Source: Candidatus Bathyarchaeia archaeon
GTDB lineage: Archaea > Thermoproteota > Bathyarchaeia > Bathyarchaeales > Bathycorpusculaceae
Length of the DNA stretch: 64,000 nucleotides
Direction of reading: 5' to 3'
NCBI GenBank assembly: GCA_049516875.1
Contig: JBEKSS010000001.1
Coordinates: forward strand, 1 to 64,000
Shown in pieces: positions 10,777 to 20,726 of the stretch. The notes under the pieces are model-generated. The model did not search any database. It was not told where the DNA came from and was given only the letters and a program-made list of their open reading frames with translations. The first letter of the stretch is position 1. Each line of letters opens with the position of its first letter. A program made the translations under genes and the position numbers.

Positions 10777-11481
10777 ATGAACGGCAACACAAGCTATGTG
10801 AAGACTTGGGATCCGCAAAATCCAGTGCCAGCTGGCGAAAAGATGCGAAGCATCAAGCTGAATGCATGGTTCGGGGCCAAACAGGCATTGAAGAACATAG
10901 ATCTCTCTATTAGAGCCAATGCAGTTACTGCCATCATAGGGCCCTCTGGGTGCGGAAAATCAACATTTGTGCGCTGTCTTAACAGAATGCATGAGCTGGT
11001 TCCCGGCTCCAGCTCGTCTGGACAAGTGCTTCTTGACGGACGAGACATTTATTCGAAAGAAGTCGACCCGGTCCTAATCCGCAGAAGAGTGGGGATGGTT
11101 TTTCAAAAGCCGAACCCGTTTCCAACCATGTCCATATACGATAACGTAGCAGCAGGATTGAGACTGACGGGATTAGGGCAGCAGCAGCGATTGTGCATTG
11201 CTCGAGCGATTGCGTTGCAGCCTGAAGTCATACTGATGGATGAGCCGTGTTCAGCCCTTGATCCCGCTGCAACCGCCAAGATTGAGGAGCTGATAGTTAC
11301 ACTCAAGCAGGATTACACGGTGGTAATCGTCACGCATAATATGCAGCAGGCTGCAAGAGTTTCAGATTTCACGGCTTTCCTCTATATTGGAGAACTCGTC
11401 GAATACGGGTCCACCAAACACATATTTGAGAATCCAAGAAGTGAACTCACGGAGAAATACATAACAGGCAGATTTGGCTAG
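10777..11481 (+). CDS. pstB: Phosphate ABC transporter ATPase with apparent internal in-frame deletion
   Basis: [32 protein letters not shown]; signature region reads [12 protein letters not shown] with no LSGG. Confidence 0.92.
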   Translation: MNGNTSYVKTWDPQNPVPAGEKMRSIKLNAWFGAKQALKNIDLSIRANAVTAIIGPSGCGKSTFVRCLNRMHELVPGSSSSGQVLLDGRDIYSKEVDPVLIRRRVGMVFQKPNPFPTMSIYDNVAAGLRLTGLGQQQRLCIARAIALQPEVILMDEPCSALDPAATAKIEELIVTLKQDYTVVIVTHNMQQAARVSDFTAFLYIGELVEYGSTKHIFENPRSELTEKYITGRFG

Positions 11482-11489
11482 GTGAAGAC

Positions 11490-12128
11490 ATGAGCAGATT
11501 ATTAGACACTGGTTTGGAACAGTTTACCACAATTGTGTTCAGAATGGGAGAAGTTGCGCAAAGAGCCATCAACATCGCAGTAGACGGTTTCCTGGAAGGC
11601 GAAGATGTAGGCGATGAAGTTCATGAGCTTTCAGAGCTGCTGGTTGCAATGACCGTGACCGCTGAAGACAAAGCGTTTGAACTGATAGTCAAGTATCAGC
11701 CCGTTGCCTCTGATCTAAGAATCATCAACTCCTACATGAAAATTGCCTACGACATGGAAAGATACGGCAGATATGCCTGGGATATTTCTTTCACTCACAA
11801 AAAACTTGCCAACTACAGCGAGTGCGTACAATCTAGCGAACTAATGGACAAGATAACGAAAAAAACGCTGCAAATGGTTGACACGAGCACAAAGGCACTC
11901 AGAGACAACGACGCAGACATGGCTAAAACACTGGCAAAAACCGAGAACGAAGTGGACGAAATATACTCAGCCCACCTAGACCTACTTTCTAAAGCTCCTC
12001 CAAAAACAAAATGCCTAGTCTGCAACCTTCTCGTCGTCAGATACCTGGAAAGAATAGCAGATCACGCCACCTACATTGGCGAATCAATAGTTTACATCGC
12101 TACAGGAGAAAAGGTGAGCCTCAGGTAG
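11490..12128 (+). CDS. phoU: Phosphate transport regulator PhoU
   Basis: YQPVASDLR, DMERYGRY, RYLERIADH. Confidence 0.93.
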   Translation: MSRLLDTGLEQFTTIVFRMGEVAQRAINIAVDGFLEGEDVGDEVHELSELLVAMTVTAEDKAFELIVKYQPVASDLRIINSYMKIAYDMERYGRYAWDISFTHKKLANYSECVQSSELMDKITKKTLQMVDTSTKALRDNDADMAKTLAKTENEVDEIYSAHLDLLSKAPPKTKCLVCNLLVVRYLERIADHATYIGESIVYIATGEKVSLR

Positions 12129-12200
12129 AATCACAAGTGAAAAGCCGTGGTTTGAGAAACATCACCAAAGCTTGCCACGGAGCGCGCTGGTTCCAGTCGA

Positions 12201-12776
12201 CTAGGGCTTCTCTTTCACAAAACTGTAAGTCTTCTCTCCTTTTTCCAGCAGTCTAAACAGTCCCTTGCTTGTCACCCTTGACAATATCCCGTCTTCTTTC
12301 ATGTGATGATCACTGAAGGACAAAACTCCTTCAGGTCTCAAAACACGGTACAACTCTTCCAGCACCCCATCGGCATTCGTCAGATCGTGAAAGGTATCGT
12401 ACAGAAGGACTAGGTCAATGCTTTCATTTGACAATCCCGTTTTACAATCAGAAAGAATCGTTTCCACATTCGCCAGGCGATTTTCCACTGCGATTTTCTT
12501 AACCATCTGAACTGCAAGCGGATTGACATCCAAAGCATAGATTTTTCCAGACTTCCCAACAAGCTCAGCAACAGCTCTCACATAGCCACCCGGCCCACAG
12601 CCAAAATCAAGAACACTGAAACCTTCCCTTATCCCAACTTCTTTCACAACATCTCTGCGTGGCCTAAAGAAATCTCTGATCTTAAAGGTGAAGGCCATAG
12701 CCCTGAAACTTGAACTGGACATCTGCTTATCAATCATCTCCTCGCCGGTCACAACACGTTCTTCAAGAGCGCACAA
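12201..12776 (-). CDS. Class I SAM-dependent methyltransferase
   Basis: VLDFGCGPG, YALDVN, RVLRPEG. Confidence 0.9.
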   Translation of the reverse strand: MCALEERVVTGEEMIDKQMSSSSFRAMAFTFKIRDFFRPRRDVVKEVGIREGFSVLDFGCGPGGYVRAVAELVGKSGKIYALDVNPLAVQMVKKIAVENRLANVETILSDCKTGLSNESIDLVLLYDTFHDLTNADGVLEELYRVLRPEGVLSFSDHHMKEDGILSRVTSKGLFRLLEKGEKTYSFVKEKP

Positions 12777-12858
12777 GACAAGAATCTGTTGTTGAAAGTT
12801 TATTAGCTTAGCTTATCGATCGACTGAATTCTAAAGACAATGATTCGGAGGTTCACTC

Positions 12859-13887
12859 ATGCATAAAATCATTCAAATTCCTCACAAGTTCTGTGACTAC
12901 ACATGCTATGTCAACGGTTTGGAAGATGTACTTGCTTGGAAAGGAGGCAATTTCACTGATTTTCTGCTCTCTGTCGTGGGAGGCATGGCGAGTTTTGCGT
13001 ACTTGAAGTTCAAAAGTGCGACGCCGCCCTCTATGGTTTACTGGAGCACTAACCCAAAGTACTTGCTCCGAAATCTTGAGAAGATAATCGGTTTCAGACA
13101 GATAGTGAGTGAAGGAAAGAGTTTCAAGACAACGTTCTCTGAGATTAAGGAATTCATCGACAAGAATGACCCCGTCATGGCAGGAGCACTTGACATGTAT
13201 TACCTTCACTACTATCCGCAGATGTACAACAAGGTTCACGTGCCGATTCATTACTTTCTGGTCGTCGGATACGATGACGAGAAGCAGATGGTTTTCGTGC
13301 ACGATTGCGGCAGAAAAGACGTTCAACAATTGCCATACGCTGAATTCGAAAAAGCTCTTGACGTGAAAGTTCACGGAATGAGCAAGAAGAACACGTTCAG
13401 GGTCTTCAAACTTAGTAGGACAATTCCGTCAGAACTTGAAGTTGCAAGGAACGGGCTTGCTTCTAAAGCCCAGCAGATGCTCAAGCCTCCAGTCAAGATG
13501 TTCGGTATCCCCGCGATGCGCAAGCTCGCAAAAGAAATCTCTTTATGGAACAACGAGGAATGCTTCAAACACCTAGCGACCTATGCAACAACTCCCCCAG
13601 AACTTCCAAGCAGTTACGAGCATAGTGACGGCATGAGATTCGCCCAAGCAGACGTGCTTGAAAGCCTTGGCAAGAAGTACAATATCAATGAATGGGTTGC
13701 CACGTCAAAGTTGTTTATGAAATCAGGTCAGCTGATCAAGGAGTTATGCAGAACAGCTATGAACCAAGACGGTGCAAAGTGCTCCAAGCTCATCGCACAA
13801 ATCGCGGATATCGAAGAAAAGGCTTACTGCTTGCTAAAGGACGCTGCACATTTCAAATCTAGTACATCCTTGAATCATCATCCTTAA
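12859..13887 (+). CDS. BtrH-N / DUF4872-like papain-fold protein
   Basis: N-terminal Cys (YTCYV), LDMYYLHY, HYFLVVGYDD...VHD. Confidence 0.72.
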   Translation: MHKIIQIPHKFCDYTCYVNGLEDVLAWKGGNFTDFLLSVVGGMASFAYLKFKSATPPSMVYWSTNPKYLLRNLEKIIGFRQIVSEGKSFKTTFSEIKEFIDKNDPVMAGALDMYYLHYYPQMYNKVHVPIHYFLVVGYDDEKQMVFVHDCGRKDVQQLPYAEFEKALDVKVHGMSKKNTFRVFKLSRTIPSELEVARNGLASKAQQMLKPPVKMFGIPAMRKLAKEISLWNNEECFKHLATYATTPPELPSSYEHSDGMRFAQADVLESLGKKYNINEWVATSKLFMKSGQLIKELCRTAMNQDGAKCSKLIAQIADIEEKAYCLLKDAAHFKSSTSLNHHP

Positions 13888-13991
13888 GAAGTCACTTGAC
13901 TCGGCTTCTCAAGGGGCTAGCCCTCGCTCATTATTTATAGGACAATTCGAATTCAATATAAGTCATCTTCAAACCATAGAAGGAAGGACAA

Positions 13992-14930
13992 TTGAGGAAG
14001 ACAGCAGTTGTGGCCATCGGTGGAAACTCTCTGATAACAGACGAAGATCATCAGACGGTGGCTGACCAGTTTGAAGCCACCCGAGAGACTTGCGCTCACA
14101 TAGCCCGCATGGTGGAAAAAGGCTGGGAGGTCATTATAACCCACGGCAACGGACCCCAAGTCGGCTTCATCCTTTTGCGATCTGAACTGGCCAGCAAGGC
14201 CGTGCACACCGTGCCGCTTGATTCTTGCGGTGCTGAGACACAAGGTGACTTGGGCTATATGATTCAACAGTCTCTATACAACGAGTTCCTATCAAGGGAC
14301 ATCAAAAACCCAGTTGTCACGGTCGTGACCCAAGTCCTCGTGAGAAAGAATGATCCTGCCTTCAGCAACCCCACCAAACCCATAGGACCTTTCTACAGTA
14401 GAAGGAAAGCCGAAAAATACCGGAAGGAACGCAAATGGAGCGTAGCCGAGGACGCAGGGCGCGGCTGGAGACGTGTAGTTCCGTCACCCATGCCCGTGCG
14501 CATCATTGAACAGGACGCTATTAAGACTCTTGTTGATCAGGGGGTTGTAGTCATCGCCGCAGGAGGCGGAGGCATCCCTGTTATTAAGGAAAATGGCAAG
14601 TTGAAAGGCGTGGAAGCAGTCATCGACAAAGACTACGCCTCAGCCATCCTAGCCATAGGCCTAGAAGCCGACCTGTTTCTCATTTCCACAGCAGTGGAAA
14701 AAGTCGCGTTGAACTTCGGTAAACCAAACCAAGAGCTGCTTGACAAGATGACCTTACCCGAAGCGAAGAAATACTACCGACAGGGACACTTTCCCCCGGG
14801 CAGCATGGGCCCAAAAATCCGGGCTATCATCAACTACCTTGAACACGGAGGAAGGAAAGCGATTATCACAAACCCGGAAAACCTGGAAAATGCACTACTC
14901 GGAAAGACAGGTACACACATCACCAGATGA
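13992..14930 (+). CDS. arcC: Carbamate kinase
   Basis: AIGGNS, THGNGPQVG, NPTKPIGP, WRRVVPSP, VIDKD, GSMGPK. Confidence 0.96.
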   Translation: MRKTAVVAIGGNSLITDEDHQTVADQFEATRETCAHIARMVEKGWEVIITHGNGPQVGFILLRSELASKAVHTVPLDSCGAETQGDLGYMIQQSLYNEFLSRDIKNPVVTVVTQVLVRKNDPAFSNPTKPIGPFYSRRKAEKYRKERKWSVAEDAGRGWRRVVPSPMPVRIIEQDAIKTLVDQGVVVIAAGGGGIPVIKENGKLKGVEAVIDKDYASAILAIGLEADLFLISTAVEKVALNFGKPNQELLDKMTLPEAKKYYRQGHFPPGSMGPKIRAIINYLEHGGRKAIITNPENLENALLGKTGTHITR

Positions 14931-15060
14931 AAAGACGGTTCTCCTCCCCCAATTGACACTACGAAGTCGGCGGCTGCTCCACAAACGTCTCTTACCACAT
15001 TTCGCACGTCTAGCCGAACATCGTTCATTCCCACTTTAAACTTGCCCAGTTCCACTTTAT

Positions 15061-15627
15061 CTATACTTTCTTTTTGCTTTCTTTCGTTTGAAGATGAGCG
15101 GCCATTCTTGAGAATGTCATAGGTTGATAATGATTCTTATAGTTCAAGTCTATCAGAAAACCTTCGATGTCATCCACGTTCACATAGGCCATCATCTTAG
15201 AGCTTGCGGCTTCCTTCACATCTCTCATGTAAGTGTCATAGTCTCCATAATCCCTGTGGAATGAGATAATTACGAGCTCTCTCCCCATCCCTATCCCGTC
15301 CATAACGAGGAGGTACGGGCGACGTTCTTGGTTGTCTAATTCACGCGCTGCTCTGTGCAACTCCTGGAGTTCCTCAGGAGACACGGACTTTAGTTTAAAC
15401 ATGATGACTGCCATAAGATTGAAGCCCAGCTTACAGAAATCAGGTATCATAGTGTATTCCCTGATGACGCCTTCTTTCTTGAGTCTACTGATTGTCCTAC
15501 TAACTGTAGGCTGCGAAATCCCTAATACCTTGGCCAGTTCTCTGTCGCTCCTGCGACTGTCCTTCATAAGCTCCGATACAAGCTTTAACTCAACGTCTTT
15601 CAAAACTCTGCCTCCTGCTTCGGTCAT
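15061..15627 (-). CDS. Lrp/AsnC family transcriptional regulator
   Basis: LMKDSRRSDRELAKVLGISQPTVSRTISRLKKEGVI wHTH. Confidence 0.9.
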   Translation of the reverse strand: MTEAGGRVLKDVELKLVSELMKDSRRSDRELAKVLGISQPTVSRTISRLKKEGVIREYTMIPDFCKLGFNLMAVIMFKLKSVSPEELQELHRAARELDNQERRPYLLVMDGIGMGRELVIISFHRDYGDYDTYMRDVKEAASSKMMAYVNVDDIEGFLIDLNYKNHYQPMTFSRMAAHLQTKESKKKV

Positions 15628-15692
15628 GGCAGTTTATTTCGATTAGTCCACACTAAAAAAGCTTTGGTACTTTTTCGGGCGCCCGCTTGTTC

Positions 15693-16442
15693 CTACAGCT
15701 CTATTATTGATTTTTCCTTTATTATCCACTTACTGTTCTTGAGCGCCTTCATCAACGGCACAGCTATTATTGCCCCAAGTATGGCCTGCACAAACCTGAC
15801 TGCCGGATAGAAGAATGGACTTACAATGAAAGCAACACGAGTGGCATCCAAGCTTAAACCAAACAGTTGATAGACGTATGGAACTGCAAACACGTTATTT
15901 CCCCACATGTTGTCCACTTGGTTTCCGACAAAACAAATGAAAAAGAATAAAATTGGAAGGCGTTTTGTATCGGAAAGTCTTTGACTAAACACTACGATTG
16001 GAATGATTAGTAGAAGGGCGATGACCTTGTCCCAAAGAGCAGCTATTGGCACAATGTAGTTTTCCGCTATTGGTTGGGAAGGGGGAAGAAACAGGAATAC
16101 TGCAATCAGCAGGCCAAACAAGGCAAAAGCCCATTTCCACTTTCTATAATAAACAAGTCCCACAACCAAGGCGTTTAGCGGTGGAGAAAGAATAAACGGC
16201 ACACCATAAGGATTCAGACCGCTGGGAGGCAAAACCCAAGCCACGCAGACTCCAAAGAGGGCTGCTAACGCGCCTAGATAAGGTCCCAAGACAAGCCCGA
16301 AGACGGAAGCAATCAAAGCTTCAAGCTTGATCTGCAGGTTTGGAACACCAACAGCATAAAGACCAGGCAATATCAATGACAAAACATAATACAATGCGGC
16401 GAAAATTGCAGTCAATGCGATATTTCGACTTGACAGCTTCAA
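15693..16442 (-). CDS. ECF transporter S component-like membrane protein
   Basis: IALTAIFAALY AxxxA motif, GLVLGPYLGA, multiple TMs. Confidence 0.75.
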   Translation of the reverse strand: MKLSSRNIALTAIFAALYYVLSLILPGLYAVGVPNLQIKLEALIASVFGLVLGPYLGALAALFGVCVAWVLPPSGLNPYGVPFILSPPLNALVVGLVYYRKWKWAFALFGLLIAVFLFLPPSQPIAENYIVPIAALWDKVIALLLIIPIVVFSQRLSDTKRLPILFFFICFVGNQVDNMWGNNVFAVPYVYQLFGLSLDATRVAFIVSPFFYPAVRFVQAILGAIIAVPLMKALKNSKWIIKEKSIIEL

Positions 16443-16542
16443 TAACCCAACCGCCTTATGTGATTTTCTAGTTTGCTGTGTAGTTTTTTACACAACGTTA
16501 ATAAAACTTACCTAAAACAATAATCAAACGGAGAGTCCACCA

Positions 16543-17493
16543 ATGGAATCTTCGCTCTGGAAGTCGAGACACATCGCCAACTGCTTGGAACTCGCAATTC
16601 TATTGGAAAGCGGCGCCCACAAGCCAGGAAACGTGAGCGTTGTGACCAACTTCGAAGGTACGCGCTATGAACACTTTCTAGCTTCTGCCGTGGCCGTGGC
16701 GCCCTCTCTTGAGTATGCGGCAATGCGAGGAATCGCTGTTTCGAAAGGAGAAATCCATGTGGGCGACGTTGGAGTGGGGCGTATCATAGAAGATTGCGTG
16801 GAGAACATCAACGCTTGGCAACACGGCGGCAACACTCTGCTTGGCACCGTTATTATGCTCTCGCCCCTTGCTGTTGCGGCTGGCATGAGCCGGAGCGAAA
16901 AAGGCATCTTTAATGCTGCAGAACTCAGGAAAAACTTGAGACTAATTGTGGAATCAACCACACCTGAAGATGCCGTCAAACTATACGAGGCGATAAGAAA
17001 TGCTAATCCCAGCGGTCTCGGCAAAGTCTCAGACTTGGACGTTAACAGTCCAGACTCCATGAGCAAGATACTCAACGAAAAGATTTCACTCTACCAGATT
17101 TTCAAAATTGCCTCAAGATATGATACAATATGCTCTGAGTGGGCCAATGACTACACGATAACATTCGACTTCTCCTACCCTTATCTAACCGAGCAGATTA
17201 AGAAAACCGACGACCCGTCTGTAGCCATAATTCAAACGTTCTTGAAGGTTCTGGCAGAATATCCAGACACCTTCATAGCACGAAAAACAGGCTTTGAAAA
17301 AGCTAAAGAGGTTTCGGCCAAAGCTGCGCAGATTCTGCGGCTTGGAGCCCTAGAAACTTCCATTGGACACGAAAGCCTCTGCAAATTTGACCAAGAGCTC
17401 AGGCAAGAAAGCAATCTGCTCAATCCAGGGACAACTGCCGACATAATTTCCGCAGCTCTGGCTCTGTGCGTTCTCAGTGGGTACAGACCATAA
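16543..17493 (+). CDS. citG: Triphosphoribosyl-dephospho-CoA synthase family protein (archaeal CitG)
   Basis: KPGNV, GGNTLLG, PDTFIARK, NPGTTADI. Confidence 0.88.
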   Translation: MESSLWKSRHIANCLELAILLESGAHKPGNVSVVTNFEGTRYEHFLASAVAVAPSLEYAAMRGIAVSKGEIHVGDVGVGRIIEDCVENINAWQHGGNTLLGTVIMLSPLAVAAGMSRSEKGIFNAAELRKNLRLIVESTTPEDAVKLYEAIRNANPSGLGKVSDLDVNSPDSMSKILNEKISLYQIFKIASRYDTICSEWANDYTITFDFSYPYLTEQIKKTDDPSVAIIQTFLKVLAEYPDTFIARKTGFEKAKEVSAKAAQILRLGALETSIGHESLCKFDQELRQESNLLNPGTTADIISAALALCVLSGYRP

Positions 17494-17561
17494 TCCGAGC
17501 TCTGTTGCTTTTGCACCCATCTTTTGCAGAGTGGAACACCTACCAAGTAAGGATTGATTTG

Positions 17562-18119
17562 TTACAGAATTTCCTTCGCTGCTTCCTTGTAGATTTCTAA
17601 GTCATTTTTCGTAAACAACACGAATATTACTTTTCTGAGGTTGCCTTCTTTTTCCAGAAACTCTTTCACGGTTGTTAGGGCTGCTCTGCTCGCTTTTTCT
17701 GTGGGATATCCATATGCGCCTGTGCTGATGGATGGGAACGCTATGGTTTTCAGTCCTTTGGAAACCGCTAGTTTCAAGCTGTTGCGGTAGGCGTCTGCTA
17801 AGAGTTCAGGTTCCTTCTGTTTGCCTCCGTGCCAGATGGGTCCAACAGTGTGGATGACATATTTGGCCTTGAGATTGCCTCCAGTGGTCATTGCTGCCTT
17901 TCCCGTCGGAAGCCCTCCTGGCCATTCTCTGGCTATCAGAGACTTGCATTCTTCAAGTATTTTCGGTCCACCTCTCCGGTGGATTGCCCCGTCAACGCCT
18001 CCGCCTCCCATGAGAGACGAATTGGCCGCGTTTACCACAGCATCAGTATCCATGTTGGTTATGTCTTCTTGAACAAGACAGATTTTAGCATTCCCAACGT
18101 GGAATTCTAGTTCACTCAT
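17562..18119 (-). CDS. Macro domain O-acetyl-ADP-ribose deacetylase
   Basis: VNAANSSLMGGGGVDGAIH, IHTVGP, FPSISTGAYGYP. Confidence 0.95.
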   Translation of the reverse strand: MSELEFHVGNAKICLVQEDITNMDTDAVVNAANSSLMGGGGVDGAIHRRGGPKILEECKSLIAREWPGGLPTGKAAMTTGGNLKAKYVIHTVGPIWHGGKQKEPELLADAYRNSLKLAVSKGLKTIAFPSISTGAYGYPTEKASRAALTTVKEFLEKEGNLRKVIFVLFTKNDLEIYKEAAKEIL

Positions 18120-18158
18120 TTTCTCCCCCTCACCTTTGGGAACAATTCCAGCATCCTT

Positions 18159-18686
18159 CTACATTTTCTCGTCCGGCATGAAGCCCTTTTGCAGTTCTAC
18201 TACTTCTGTGCTGTCTTTTGCTTTTGCGTATCTTTCCAGTCTTTCATGGTTCAGCTCCAGAAAGGTGTGTCCCCACTTGAAAATGGACAGCAACTCATTT
18301 GCCTGATCCTTGAACCCGGTGATGTAAAGAGCCGCTGCCAATGCTTCGGCCGTTGTGAGTTTGGTGGGCTTGCCAAAATTAACCGGGTTGCCCGCAACGA
18401 GTATCGGGAGGCATCGGGATGTTCCCCTCACGTGTTTTAGCAAGACTTTTTCAGCGTGTTCCCAGCTGCAATCCAAGCCGACTAGACCAAAGTCTTCCAT
18501 GCGAAATCTGTCAGCGGGGGAAAAGGCGACTTCGGAGAACGGGTTAAGCACGACCGCTCTTTTTGGCAGAAACCGTAGCTGAACCACTTGGCGAACCAGT
18601 CCAAATCGTTTAAGCTTCAGAGCCGTGCACTTCTTGGGATCACATTGTCTCGCGTTGTAGACAACGATTCTAACTTGTCTTTGCAC
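18159..18686 (-). CDS. tsr3: SSU rRNA aminocarboxypropyltransferase Tsr3
   Basis: QCDPKKCT, LDCSW, LVAGNPVNFGKPTKLTTAEALAA, FKWGHTFLELN. Confidence 0.95.
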   Translation of the reverse strand: MQRQVRIVVYNARQCDPKKCTALKLKRFGLVRQVVQLRFLPKRAVVLNPFSEVAFSPADRFRMEDFGLVGLDCSWEHAEKVLLKHVRGTSRCLPILVAGNPVNFGKPTKLTTAEALAAALYITGFKDQANELLSIFKWGHTFLELNHERLERYAKAKDSTEVVELQKGFMPDEKM

Positions 18687-20211
18687 GTGCTTTCTGCACC
18701 TTCAAGTGACTCATGGGATCATTCAGAACTTTCGGTATGTGTCGGATGAGATCCGTGGCAACCATGTGAGGCCCAAATTCTTCGAAAACAAAGTCACCTG
18801 CAGCACCGTTCACAAAAGCTCCGGCAACGGCAGCTTCGAAACAGTTCGCCTTCTGAGCGAGAAAGGCTCCAGCGATTCCTGAAAGCACGTCCCCGGTGCC
18901 GCCGACCGTCATTCCAGGGTTGCCTGTGAAGTTGAGCTTGACGCGTGTGCCATCAGAAACAACGTCAACAGATCCCTTCAACAGCACTGTTGCGTTCAAA
19001 CTTGCAGCGGTCCTCTGTACTTGCAGAACTTTCTCAGAAAGGGGTTCCGGCGGTTTCTTCCCTGTCAGAGTAGCGTATTCTCCGGCGTGAGGCGTCAACA
19101 CCAACGGCACACCCAGTTTTCTCTTGAAATTTGCAAAGGCTTTCAGGCCGTCCGCGTCCAGAAGCAAGGGTTTTCCAGACTTCTCCACGGCTTCGACTAT
19201 TCCCTTGACGGCCTCTCTGGTTTCAGGATGCAATCCAAGGCCCGGACCAAGAACAACGGCGTCGGAGGCTTCGACGTAGGGTTTCAACGTGTTCAAGTTG
19301 TTTGGGTTTAGGTGTTTTCCTTCAAGTTTTATGGTGATGATATCTGGAGACAGAGACGAAATAGCATAGGCAGTTTTTTCTGGCGCAGCAACATAGACCA
19401 AGTCGACGCCAGTGCGTAGGGCAGCTTGTGCGACCAGAGTTGGTGCTCCTGAAAAGGTTTCGCTTCCACCGACAACCAGCAAACGTCCAAAATCGCCTTT
19501 ATGGGACTCGGACGGGCGGGGTTTGGCAACCAGCAGAACATCGCCTGGACCTGCAAACTGTTCAAACTCTTTGGGCAGACCAATGCTTTTCACAAGCAAT
19601 TCGCCCACGTACTTCTTTGCTTTCCCCAGTCCTTTCTTTGATCTGTGGAAAGTAATGGTCAAGTTCGCCTTCACTGCCTCATCCGAGACGGTTCCCGTCT
19701 CCGCATCGATTCCTGTCGGCACATCAACCGCAATTCGGAAGGCATCCATTTCATTAATTCTCTCAACAAGCTGCAAGATAGGCGGTCTCAAGCTTCCCTT
19801 GGCGCCTGTTCCAAGCAACGCGTCAATCACTATGTCCGCCGTTGTCTTCGGCACAAGTGTGCTGTCATAAACCTCTTCAACAGGAATCGTGTCGCTTAGA
19901 AACTGCAGAGCATGCCAATTTTCCAGAGCCGCTTTATCGGAGATTTCTCTGGCCTTTCCTGCAAGTATGATCCTAGCCTTGAAACCCATGCAGGACAGGT
20001 GCCTAGCCGCAACGAAACCGTCGCCGCCGTTTCCGCCCAAGCCACAGAAAACCGCTACAGATTTCCCCGGCTTAAACCGTGAAGCAACTTCCAAGGCAAC
20101 GTTGTGCCCCGCGTTTTCCATCAACAAGAGCCTAGAAACACCAAAGTATTCCGCATTCGACTCCAATGCTCGCATATCTCGGCTTGTTACAGGATCTTTA
20201 AGCATACTCAA
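18670..20211 (-). CDS. nnr: Bifunctional NAD(P)H-hydrate epimerase/dehydratase
   Basis: LMENAG, GGNGGDG, DVPTG; HKGDFG, LTPHAGE, GGTGDVLSG. Confidence 0.95.
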   Translation of the reverse strand: MSMLKDPVTSRDMRALESNAEYFGVSRLLLMENAGHNVALEVASRFKPGKSVAVFCGLGGNGGDGFVAARHLSCMGFKARIILAGKAREISDKAALENWHALQFLSDTIPVEEVYDSTLVPKTTADIVIDALLGTGAKGSLRPPILQLVERINEMDAFRIAVDVPTGIDAETGTVSDEAVKANLTITFHRSKKGLGKAKKYVGELLVKSIGLPKEFEQFAGPGDVLLVAKPRPSESHKGDFGRLLVVGGSETFSGAPTLVAQAALRTGVDLVYVAAPEKTAYAISSLSPDIITIKLEGKHLNPNNLNTLKPYVEASDAVVLGPGLGLHPETREAVKGIVEAVEKSGKPLLLDADGLKAFANFKRKLGVPLVLTPHAGEYATLTGKKPPEPLSEKVLQVQRTAASLNATVLLKGSVDVVSDGTRVKLNFTGNPGMTVGGTGDVLSGIAGAFLAQKANCFEAAVAGAFVNGAAGDFVFEEFGPHMVATDLIRHIPKVLNDPMSHLKVQKARAKTS

Positions 20212-20390
20212 AGCCCGATAGTCTAGTGTCTAAAATCCAAAGATAAGCGTATCCGTATTATCGGAAAGAGGGGCAATGCACGACAGGCTCAGCGCAAAGG
20301 GACAGCAGAAACAGAAGGCACGAAGGGTTCGCCTCAAAGTGTAGCAAAATATTTTAATGCATACACGCAAACAATATTATGGAGATTTAA

Positions 20391-20636
20391 ATGCCAACAG
20401 CTTTCGTGTTAATCAACACCGAGATCGGCTCAGAAAGTGACGTGCTTAAGGACTTGAAGAAGGTTGAAGGAGTAGAACAGGCAAACGCTGTCTACGGAGT
20501 TTACGACATCATTGCCAAAGTGAGTGCAGACACGATGGACAAGCTTAAGGAAATCGTCACGTGGAAGGTCAGAAGACTCGACAAGGTTAGATCAACGCTT
20601 ACCATGATCGTTGTAGAAGAAGTGACCAAGAAGTAG
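20391..20636 (+). CDS. Stand-alone Lrp/AsnC ligand-binding domain protein
   Basis: AFVLIN...VYGVYDIIAKV...VRSTLT. Confidence 0.92.
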   Translation: MPTAFVLINTEIGSESDVLKDLKKVEGVEQANAVYGVYDIIAKVSADTMDKLKEIVTWKVRRLDKVRSTLTMIVVEEVTKK

Positions 20637-20726
20637 CAGTCATCCCCTCTTTTTTATTTGGAACAGACAATTCTTCGTTTATGTCTCGCCCCCACTTCCA
20701 ATTCTAGAAAAGCTGAGTTTAGACGA

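Noticed and set aside
13992-14930. Arginine deiminase operon
   Set aside because: Only carbamate kinase is present; no arcA, arcB or arcD nearby, and stand-alone copies are known in archaea.
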